Source: Shigella phage CWP003
Length of the DNA: 64,000 nucleotides
Direction: 5' to 3' (one strand)
Sequence record: OL856099
Positions 57,039 to 64,000 of the stretch are shown here, piece by piece. Made by a program: the position numbers and the translations under genes. Positions within the stretch are counted from its first letter, which is position 1. Each line of letters opens with the position of its first letter. The notes below the pieces were generated by a model. The model did not search any database. It was not told the origin of the DNA and saw only the letters and a program-made list of their open reading frames with translations.

Positions 57039-57039
57039 G

Positions 57040-57061
57040 AAAAGCGACCCCGAAGGGCCGC
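57040..57061 (-). terminator. rho-independent terminator for minus-strand gene 57069-57695
   Basis: on minus strand GCGGCCC-UUCG-GGGUCGC hairpin followed by UUUU. Confidence 0.5.
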
Positions 57062-57068
57062 CATTCGA

Positions 57069-57695
57069 TTAGATAATCTGGAAGGTGTAGGACTTGTTGC
57101 CGAACTCGAAGTTCAAGCGTCCCGCTTCTTTAAGCTTCATGCGGAAGCGAATGTGCTTGCTATCCGGTAAGCCCAGCGCGGCGAACGCTACGCGGACTGA
57201 TTTGAACTCGCCTACACCCTCGACCATAACGGCGTTACGGGTGAGACGCTTTTGCGCCACTTCCTTGTTATCCCAACTTTTTGCAATACCTTCGCTATTC
57301 GAACGGCGATGGGAAGGAGTTCCATTTTGCACTACGCAACTTGCACTATCGTTTAGGCCGCTTTTAACGAAGGCTTCATACTCTTCGTCGGTCATCGCGT
57401 CGAGTTCTTCCTGGGTCGGCTCGGCCTTTTTGACGACCGCACGCGCCTTATGCGTTTTTACATCGCTGGACACTTCCTCGCGCGGCTTCGCGTCTGGGAT
57501 GGGCGATTCGTTGGACGGCTCATCGAGCGCGTTTAAGGACTCGATTAACGCGATTACGCGAGTCTCGGCGGTCCGGCGGTCCGCAAACTTCTTAATCGGT
57601 TTTGAGCCGGAATTTGCATTATAGAATGCAACGAGGTCGGCGGTCTTAGTTGCGATAACGTCGCCGCTAGTAGAAAAGCGATTTAAGCTAACCAT
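57069..57695 (-). CDS. hypothetical protein (island gene)
   Basis: AGGAG RBS 8 nt before ATG; CpG-rich codon usage distinct from rest of window. Confidence 0.5.
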   Translation of the reverse strand: MVSLNRFSTSGDVIATKTADLVAFYNANSGSKPIKKFADRRTAETRVIALIESLNALDEPSNESPIPDAKPREEVSSDVKTHKARAVVKKAEPTQEELDAMTDEEYEAFVKSGLNDSASCVVQNGTPSHRRSNSEGIAKSWDNKEVAQKRLTRNAVMVEGVGEFKSVRVAFAALGLPDSKHIRFRMKLKEAGRLNFEFGNKSYTFQII

Positions 57696-57775
57696 AATAA
57701 ACTCCTATTTGTTAGGGCGCTAGGCGCGAAAGAATTTTATTAAAGCGCCGCGCACGACGCTCTAAAAATCCTCTC

Positions 57776-58090
57776 TTACTCTTCGTCGTCTTCGATTAAT
57801 TCGAGGGCGAAGGCGTAAGCTTTGCTATCGTAATTAACTAAAACGGCGAGTTCGAACTCGTTAATAAACGCCGTTTTACCGCATAAATTTAATTCCGCAT
57901 CGACTTCGAAGAATCCGTTTTCGTCGCGCTCTAAGCGAGAAGCAGCGAGTTGCTCGATTACCGTCGCGTCGTTAATTTCTTCGCCTAAGCGAACGCCGGA
58001 GAATTTCGCGAGAATTTCGCCGTAAGTAAGCGTAACGCCCTGGACTTCGGCGGTTGCGTTTTCGAGGGTAAAGCGGGTAACGATAGCCAT
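57776..58090 (-). CDS. small acidic protein (island gene)
   Basis: AGGAG RBS; 104 aa, Asp/Glu-rich; own sigma70-type promoter. Confidence 0.5.
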   Translation of the reverse strand: MAIVTRFTLENATAEVQGVTLTYGEILAKFSGVRLGEEINDATVIEQLAASRLERDENGFFEVDAELNLCGKTAFINEFELAVLVNYDSKAYAFALELIEDDEE

Positions 58091-58158
58091 AACAAACTCC
58101 TAGTTGGGAGAGGCGTTAACGACCTATTCGTTAACTCATCCCGTCCCGATATGAGTAC

Positions 58159-58186
58159 ATTATAATATAGTGTAGAAAAAAGTAAA
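58159..58186 (-). promoter_or_regulatory. sigma70-type promoter (minus strand) for 57776 gene
   Basis: reverse complement reads GTGCTTTACT-16-TATAAT. Confidence 0.5.
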
Positions 58187-58230
58187 GCACTTTTTCGATA
58201 AAAATGCGATAAATTATTTTATCTTTTTTC

Positions 58231-58258
58231 TTTACTTCTTCGTACACTCGCGTATACT
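58231..58258 (+). promoter_or_regulatory. sigma70-type promoter for 58315 gene
   Basis: TTTACT-16-TATACT within CTTTACTTCTTCGTACACT box. Confidence 0.5.
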
Positions 58259-58314
58259 TGTTTATATCGAGACGGGCGATGGCCCTTTCTTCTACTAGCA
58301 TCGGGAGCTTTATT

Positions 58315-58617
58315 ATGACTACTTTAATCTCTTCCATCCTTACTTACGACGAAGACCGCTTAACCGTTCGCTCTCTTATCGCCGCCGTTAACGCGGAACT
58401 CGAAACTAGCATTATTAAAGCGCGCGCCGTCGCCTTCGTCGGCCTTTCCTTCGACGATATTAAGTATGCAGAGTATAGCGCCATTCGCGTCGTTACTACC
58501 GACGATAACGCCGTTACCCTTATCGAGACGGTTACGCCTCGCGGCGAAGCGTTAATTATCGTCGAGTATATCGACGTAGAAGGCGATAAAGCTTATAAAT
58601 ATTTTATCGCAGAATAA
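58315..58617 (+). CDS. small acidic protein (island gene)
   Basis: GGGAG RBS 7 nt before ATG 58315; 100 aa. Confidence 0.5.
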   Translation: MTTLISSILTYDEDRLTVRSLIAAVNAELETSIIKARAVAFVGLSFDDIKYAEYSAIRVVTTDDNAVTLIETVTPRGEALIIVEYIDVEGDKAYKYFIAE

Positions 58618-58629
58618 CGAAAAAAGTGC

Positions 58630-58658
58630 TTTACTTCTTCGTACACTAAGACTATAAT
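58630..58658 (+). promoter_or_regulatory. sigma70-type promoter for 58726 gene
   Basis: TTTACT-17-TATAAT in same CTTTACTTCTTCGTACACT box; conserved leader TTTATATCGAGA. Confidence 0.55.
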
Positions 58659-58725
58659 GTTTTATATCGAGAGGGGATGAGGTAGCGAATAGGTCGCTAC
58701 CCTCCCGACTAACTAGGAGAATATT

Positions 58726-59016
58726 ATGATTACTTTAGCCGCTATCCGTTCCGCTCGCGTCGAAACTTCCGAAAACTCTAACGTATTTGGCGAAAAACTT
58801 AAAAACGTTTATCTCTTTAACGTAGATGCGACTATCGAAGAGCTTCATAGTCCTATCGATTTTAGCGAATTTACGGAACTCGAAGAGGAAGATATTACTA
58901 CCTTCCGCGTTACTATCGAAGGTAAGGTTTATTTTGCTACGGAGTTCGGCGGCGAATATCTCGCGGTATCCGAAGGCGAAGGCCGTTACTCTTTCTTTAA
59001 AATCGTCTCCTTATAA
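58726..59016 (+). CDS. small acidic protein (island gene)
   Basis: AGGAG RBS; 96 aa, Glu-rich; terminator downstream. Confidence 0.5.
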   Translation: MITLAAIRSARVETSENSNVFGEKLKNVYLFNVDATIEELHSPIDFSEFTELEEEDITTFRVTIEGKVYFATEFGGEYLAVSEGEGRYSFFKIVSL

Positions 59017-59035
59017 TACCCTTCCGTTACTAATA

Positions 59036-59060
59036 GGCCGCGCTTAGTCGCGGCTTTTCT
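59036..59060 (+). terminator. rho-independent terminator
   Basis: GCCGCG-CTTAGT-CGCGGC hairpin followed by TTTT. Confidence 0.5.
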
Positions 59061-59531
59061 TCGTCCCTATCTCGATGCGCTTCTCCGCGAAAACTCCTTT
59101 ATCCTTCCCTTCTTCGTCGCATAATCTTCGTCGAGATGCGCCTTAGTTCGCATAACAGGTATTACGTTAAATGGAGAACATCGCGTAAGTCCTTGTTTTA
59201 TATAGACACCTATATCGGACCGTTAGGGAGGGTCGCGTAAGTCGTTGTTTTATAAAGGCGCAAAACTTTCCCTTCGTTCCGAACTAAAACGAGAAATATG
59301 CCGACCCTTCGCCCGAAAATAGTACGCGTGCGAAATTACCGACATCTAGAATAATCCCCACCGATATTATCCTGCGCGCAATCATTCGCTTTCGAATCAT
59401 TATGCTTCATATTATTATGCGTCGAATCATTAGCTTTCGAATTGTAACGCTGGAAACTGTAACGGCGATTGATTATTGCGTTCGTGTGGTTTTTAGGGCA
59501 TGGGTCTTTTGGTGCGTTTTGGTACTTGATG

Positions 59532-59644
59532 AAATTTGCAGTACACTAATCAAAATACGACACATTTGGTCCACTAACTTTTCAAAGAAAAAGTCCTAGA
59601 CAGTACCGTACTATTTTGTGCCCACAGTAAATTTGCAGTACACT
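59532..59644. repeat. pair of perfect 16-bp direct repeats AAATTTGCAGTACACT
   Basis: copies at 59532-59547 and 59629-59644; related to the TTTGCACTAT family. Confidence 0.55.
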
Positions 59645-59713
59645 CCTGCGCGGCAGGCAAAAGAAAGGGCCGCCACAGCGACCCACGATTCACGGTTAAA
59701 TCAACAACACCCA

Positions 59714-60094
59714 TTATTCACTCTTATGGGCATCACCAAAGCCATCCGCAATCTGGCTGATCAATGATTCAATGGACACAGTTTTACCAATTGATCGAGC
59801 GGTAATAGCAAGCATATTATCAATCAAACCATGATTAGATGCATATGTTCCAGGTTTTGAATCATCTTCAGAACAGCCAAAAAGCTGATCGCGAAGACTT
59901 TCAAGAGAACGCTCAATATTTTCCAGCTTCTCTTCTAAATCGGATTGGCGACGTAAAACCCATGTTAAGTCGCGGCTGCCGACTTCCAACCCATCAGAAT
60001 CGCAAGCTGGAACGTCAATTTTGATGCTGCCACCAAAGGCCATTCCGCTGCCTTTAGCATATGTATTGTGAATAGAATCATTTTTATTTGACAT
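59714..60094 (-). CDS. hypothetical protein
   Basis: start taken at internal ATG (MSNKNDS) at 60094 of table ORF 59714-60124. Confidence 0.4.
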   Translation of the reverse strand: MSNKNDSIHNTYAKGSGMAFGGSIKIDVPACDSDGLEVGSRDLTWVLRRQSDLEEKLENIERSLESLRDQLFGCSEDDSKPGTYASNHGLIDNMLAITARSIGKTVSIESLISQIADGFGDAHKSE

Positions 60095-60167
60095 ATCATT
60101 ACCTTTCATGAGGGTGATTAACAATAACTATAATAAAGCCGCATATCGCGGCATTCAAATCGGTTTA

Positions 60168-60416
60168 TTAATTGTAACGATTGGATTCATCAATCGATAC
60201 CAACTGTGCTGGGTCGCCGGATACGGTCGAGCCAATGATGCCCATCTGCTGAAAGAACTCTGAATAAACTTCCTTCCAGTACTTACGCGCTGCTTTCTGG
60301 GCTTGTCCTTTTCGCTTGAAGCTTTTACCTTGAAAGATGAAACGGTCGCTTGCCGCTCGATACTCCACCACACCTTCCAGCCATTGTAAGAATGCTACTG
60401 ATTCATTTTGATTCAT
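60168..60416 (-). CDS. hypothetical small protein
   Basis: ORF in minus-strand operon. Confidence 0.4.
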   Translation of the reverse strand: MNQNESVAFLQWLEGVVEYRAASDRFIFQGKSFKRKGQAQKAARKYWKEVYSEFFQQMGIIGSTVSGDPAQLVSIDESNRYN

Positions 60417-60423
60417 GTTAACC

Positions 60424-60819
60424 TCAACATTTTAATAAGAAAGCACCCAACCAACTTTCCTCAACCTCGCGGCCAGTAGCCACACGGTCGGTTTTTGCTA
60501 TGGGTCTGGATTCGCCGCAGGGTAATCCGTCTTGTAGTTGTGTACTATTGCCAATTCTCACCAGAACCTTTCCATCAGGGTCGATATAAGCGCGACAACC
60601 CATGATTTCGAGTCGTTGTAGACACTGGCGAATCGTTTTCAGCCTTTCACCGGACCGGATAGAGCGCGGTCGCGACCGCTGACCATTCTTATTCACTGTC
60701 CGCTTCACAACCGGAATCTCATTGGTGCGCTGCGCTTTCGGTCGGTAGTAGGCTTCTTCGCCAGGAGTCGCACCTGGCGTCAATTCGCGCTTGAGAGCCT
60801 TTTCAATATCGATGATCAT
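60424..60819 (-). CDS. hypothetical basic protein
   Basis: start at ATG 60819 (MIIDIEK) overlapping upstream small ORF stop. Confidence 0.4.
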   Translation of the reverse strand: MIIDIEKALKRELTPGATPGEEAYYRPKAQRTNEIPVVKRTVNKNGQRSRPRSIRSGERLKTIRQCLQRLEIMGCRAYIDPDGKVLVRIGNSTQLQDGLPCGESRPIAKTDRVATGREVEESWLGAFLLKC

Positions 60820-60821
60820 GA

Positions 60822-60920
60822 TTATGCCGCTGCAGCGTAAACAATTGCATAAGCGATACCAAACAGCGCGGCAATACATACCGTGCCCCAAAATGCAAAG
60901 CGCCGTGATTCTTTATCCAT
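60822..60920 (-). CDS. small membrane peptide (32 aa)
   Basis: MDKESRRFAFWGTVCIAALFGIAYAIVYAAAA; GGTGGA RBS; not in ORF table. Confidence 0.3.
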   Translation of the reverse strand: MDKESRRFAFWGTVCIAALFGIAYAIVYAAAA

Positions 60921-61122
60921 TATCCACCGCCCCAATATCCTTCAAGAACTTGTGCAAGTCGCCTTTCTTATTAAGCTTTTGCATAGTTTTGATATCATCA
61001 AGTGATATGCCTTGATCGCTTTGTTGTTTGTCAATGCAGACAATGCCGCCTTTCTTAGCCTTGATTGTCATGCCTTTGGCTTCAATACTTTTTACGAAAT
61101 CGGACAATAATTTAATTTCCAT
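60913..61122 (-). CDS. hypothetical small protein
   Basis: ATG at 61122 overlaps upstream stop (TAATG). Confidence 0.4.
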   Translation of the reverse strand: MEIKLLSDFVKSIEAKGMTIKAKKGGIVCIDKQQSDQGISLDDIKTMQKLNKKGDLHKFLKDIGAVDNG

Positions 61123-61412
61123 TAGAATCTTCTCCCACATCCATAAAAATTAAACACTAATTTTGCCATGTCATCTTGTGAAATCACGTTGTAGTGTTTA
61201 GGCAAATTGCTTTCTGACAATGCCTTCTGGGCTTCTTCTTCTGTCTCAAACAAAGGGATGCACCAATTAACTGCGTCGCCAGAATCATTGCTATCAACTT
61301 GTTTCAAGAAAACCAAGCGGTTGTCTTCAGGATCAATTCCGCAAATCACATATTTAGGCAGCGCCTTTGCTTTTTGGGCCTTATCAATGTCTTCAAATTT
61401 CATTTCATTCAC
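61122..61412 (-). CDS. hypothetical small acidic protein
   Basis: follows tail fibre gene on minus strand. Confidence 0.4.
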   Translation of the reverse strand: MNEMKFEDIDKAQKAKALPKYVICGIDPEDNRLVFLKQVDSNDSGDAVNWCIPLFETEEEAQKALSESNLPKHYNVISQDDMAKLVFNFYGCGRRF

Positions 61413-61486
61413 CTCACTTGTTAACGTATAATGAGTATAACTTAATAGCGCATAAAGTAAAGGCGCTTTTCAGCGCCTTGAGTGAA

Positions 61487-63820
61487 TTATTTCGCTGCTT
61501 TTAGCGCGGCTATCTCTGCCTCTAGTGACTCGACCTTCTTCATCAACTCCTGCACCACGTGCATCGTATCCAAAAGCATAGGTGTTGTGTCAAGTTCTTT
61601 TTGTTCAACAATTTCTCCTGGATTGCTGCCAACATACTTACGCGTCTTAACATATAAAGGCTCAACGACCTCTGCTTGCTGTGCAATAATGCCATGCCGA
61701 ACTCGATTTTGTTCGTCATTGTCATAAATGAACTCTACAAATTCCAGTCCTTTAATATTAGAGTATGATTTATCAACTCCAACAGGGGCGATGCCGTGTT
61801 TTACACGTGAGTCAGAAGTGCCATTTTTTGTATAACTGAAGTTACCGTAATCGGTTGAACCATATATTTGACCATCAATGTCAAAAAAGTAACGGCAAAA
61901 TTTTCCGTTATCTCCACCGACTACCACGCAAGCTATGCCGAATGCATCATTCCCTGGTAAGTACATATGGTATCCAACCTTGGTCGGATAGCCATTAGGC
62001 TTGATTCCTCCGAGAGAATAGCCGCGCACCAGAGTATCTGATCCACTCGCGATGGCCACTCTGTCCATTCCGTTAGTGGTCAGGTTTGCTGCCGAGGCAT
62101 CCGTGATGCCATTCCATGTCCCCAAATTTGTATACATGCGGAATGGGTTGGTCTTCCCTGACTGTCGGAAGTCAACTGTTCCATCCTCATAAAACTTATA
62201 AGAATGTTTTGAAGCCCCTTCTGCCTCTACGACGGCACAACTAGAAGAACCCCATGAAGAACTTGAGTACAGGCGTGCAAACTGTGATGAACTAGGATTG
62301 CTATATTTTGACTCTACTTTCCCGCCGACAACCACAGTGCCTGCCACTGGTGCGCTTGAGTCTGCATTTATTACGCTCCAAGACGTATTCGCGGCAACAA
62401 ATCCACCCGATGCACGAATAACCCAGACTCCTACGAAGTTACGCGGAACAATTTCCGCTGCTGAACGACCATAAACAGGACTGCAGCGAGAGGCGTCAAA
62501 GTTTGTTTGTATGAATCTTGACCCAGAGCCTGCTGCCGCAGGAGAGTCACCCGAAGTTATTGACTGAAAAGCACCATTAGTCGCCACTTGGCTTGGCGCA
62601 GAAGCCAATGTCACCATTGTGTGCGGCGCTGCGTAAGTTATATTTGGAGCGCCTGATTCAGACACAACCCCGTTGGACGATGAATTCCCGCCGTCACCCC
62701 TTCCAAATAAGGCCTGTATGGAACCAGTCTGCACCCCGTTGCGGTCTGGCACACGGAATGTCGTTGTTCCGTTACCCAGAGAATACTTGCCGCGTTTTGC
62801 TGGGTTGGCAAGCCAGTCAGCATCGGCAATAGGTGACAGCATCTGAGCATAAGCCCAAAGTTCAGGCCAATCCGCTCGATTCAATAACTGTCCATCAGAA
62901 ACGACTTCATACGGTTGAATATATGCACGACTGTCGCGTAAGTGGAAGTCACCAACGCCATAGTTCATGACACCGTTCATGCTTGGGCCAACGGTGCCTG
63001 TGTTCACTAAGTTCTCAACCCAACGCTTAGTCGCAGCATCATAATCGTTTACCGGATCACCAGCAAGCGGAGTCGACCCTTGTGGACGGATGTTTAGCCA
63101 AGCCTGAGCGTTGTCTGCTGAGCCAGTACCGCCCATGGAAGTCGGGACAATGTTTTGATCAGCGACTGCGCCAAATCCAAAAGCGGACTTCATACCCTGA
63201 ATGGTAGTTTGCCCTGTCCCACCGTTTTCTACAGGGATTACATCCTTGTCGGTGTATATTTGCACCCAATTAGACCAAGCCGATGATGCAGCGGTGTATC
63301 TTCTTTGGTGCAGCGTGTTATTGGAATAAGTTGTATATCTTTGGATGCAACTTTCTGTGGCAACGCCTGTTTGTAGCACCTCAAGAACTCCCGCTTGTGC
63401 CACAGGGTAGTTAAGGGGTGCCGATGCGCCAGCATTTGCTGATTGGTGATATTGACCAAACCATGAACCAGTCAACGCATTAAGGTTGATGCCTGAGGGA
63501 ATCTCTCCAAAGTTTCGGACAGTACCCGTCAAAGTCGCAGCAGTTGTTCGAATGGAAAGTAAATCACCAGCTGCCCATGCACGCGCTTCAGTTCCTTCCT
63601 GTTCACGCTGCACGGTCAGGACGTTTCCAACCACGGCTGTTACTGTGACTATTTCAAATTGGAGGCCTGTTGCAGCGTCGACGATTGTCGCCACTACACG
63701 CTCGTTTGCGCCCAAGGTCGGAAAGCCTGACCCTGAGCGAATTGTGATTGTGGTGTCTGAAGTCGTCGTTGGTTGAGCCAGCGCGACCTCAAAGTTGTTT
63801 TTGAATATTAGCCTTGGCAT
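61487..63820 (-). CDS. tail fibre / tailspike with C-terminal peptidase-S74-like intramolecular chaperone domain
   Basis: C-terminal SDSRVKHGIAPV...RHGIIAQQAEVVEPLYV...coiled-coil end matches the Ser-Lys autoproteolytic chaperone domain of phage fibres. Confidence 0.6.
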   Translation of the reverse strand: MPRLIFKNNFEVALAQPTTTSDTTITIRSGSGFPTLGANERVVATIVDAATGLQFEIVTVTAVVGNVLTVQREQEGTEARAWAAGDLLSIRTTAATLTGTVRNFGEIPSGINLNALTGSWFGQYHQSANAGASAPLNYPVAQAGVLEVLQTGVATESCIQRYTTYSNNTLHQRRYTAASSAWSNWVQIYTDKDVIPVENGGTGQTTIQGMKSAFGFGAVADQNIVPTSMGGTGSADNAQAWLNIRPQGSTPLAGDPVNDYDAATKRWVENLVNTGTVGPSMNGVMNYGVGDFHLRDSRAYIQPYEVVSDGQLLNRADWPELWAYAQMLSPIADADWLANPAKRGKYSLGNGTTTFRVPDRNGVQTGSIQALFGRGDGGNSSSNGVVSESGAPNITYAAPHTMVTLASAPSQVATNGAFQSITSGDSPAAAGSGSRFIQTNFDASRCSPVYGRSAAEIVPRNFVGVWVIRASGGFVAANTSWSVINADSSAPVAGTVVVGGKVESKYSNPSSSQFARLYSSSSWGSSSCAVVEAEGASKHSYKFYEDGTVDFRQSGKTNPFRMYTNLGTWNGITDASAANLTTNGMDRVAIASGSDTLVRGYSLGGIKPNGYPTKVGYHMYLPGNDAFGIACVVVGGDNGKFCRYFFDIDGQIYGSTDYGNFSYTKNGTSDSRVKHGIAPVGVDKSYSNIKGLEFVEFIYDNDEQNRVRHGIIAQQAEVVEPLYVKTRKYVGSNPGEIVEQKELDTTPMLLDTMHVVQELMKKVESLEAEIAALKAAK

Positions 63821-64000
63821 TTTACGGTCCTCGTTTTGTCGACAACCGTATTATAGCCTTAATTTCTTTTGAGAGGAATATGACGGTTGCTGTCATTATT
63901 TGGTTTAATAATGAGCATAAAAACGATTAGAAAGATGATGGCTGATATACTTAATTCAATCAGCGCGGCCTGAGATATGGATTGATCTTCATGATACTGC

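Noticed and set aside
59060-59480. tRNA or integrase/attachment site in the non-coding stretch after the island
   Set aside because: No cloverleaf-compatible sequence or integrase ORF was recognised by eye; it cannot be excluded without a tRNA scan
59402-59599. 65-aa plus-strand ORF
   Set aside because: It sits in a repeat-rich non-coding region (CGAATCATTA and GCGTAAGTC repeats), has no RBS and is hydrophobic low-complexity

Overview
This 64 kb window reads as most of a tailed dsDNA phage genome with a contractile (myovirus-like) tail, probably infecting a Gram-negative host (embedded Rz/Rz1 spanins, lipoprotein signals). No homology search was possible, so every call rests on motifs read by eye, ORF geometry and gene order. 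Layout: (1) 1-25193, plus strand, late structural module: 5'-truncated portal-like gene, MuF-like head morphogenesis protein, scaffold, capsid, tail sheath, two paralogous tail tubes, tape measure with a lytic transglycosylase domain, baseplate genes, an HxH-repeat tail fibre and a GH19-type endolysin. (2) 25219-25988, minus strand: a self-contained moron encoding a secreted protein and a small membrane protein. (3) 26164-42765, minus strand, replication and nucleotide metabolism: DNA ligase, MazG-like, embedded spanin pair, SSB-like, SNF2 helicase, VRR-NUC, DnaE-type polymerase, DnaQ-like exonuclease, then VOC/SDR/HAD/ThyX-like/secreted/FAD-oxidoreductase genes, a K/A/E-rich protein and a Dda/RecD-like helicase. 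(4) 42926-55314, plus strand, early module: primase-like, P-loop helicase-like and about 30 small ORFs. (5) 55315-57068: repeat-dense non-coding hub (9-bp iterons around an AT-rich core, then an array of AATTTGCACTAT motifs). (6) about 57040-59520: compositionally distinct island with three near-identical sigma70-type promoters driving small acidic proteins. (7) 59714-63820, minus strand: second tail-fibre operon with a peptidase-S74-like chaperone domain. The strongest candidates for something undescribed are the acidic-protein island, the flavoenzyme/ThyX-like cluster, the pyrophosphatase-like extension on the portal-like protein, and the two iteron/AT-rich regions. No CRISPR array, integrase or terminase was seen; tRNAs were not found by eye but cannot be excluded.
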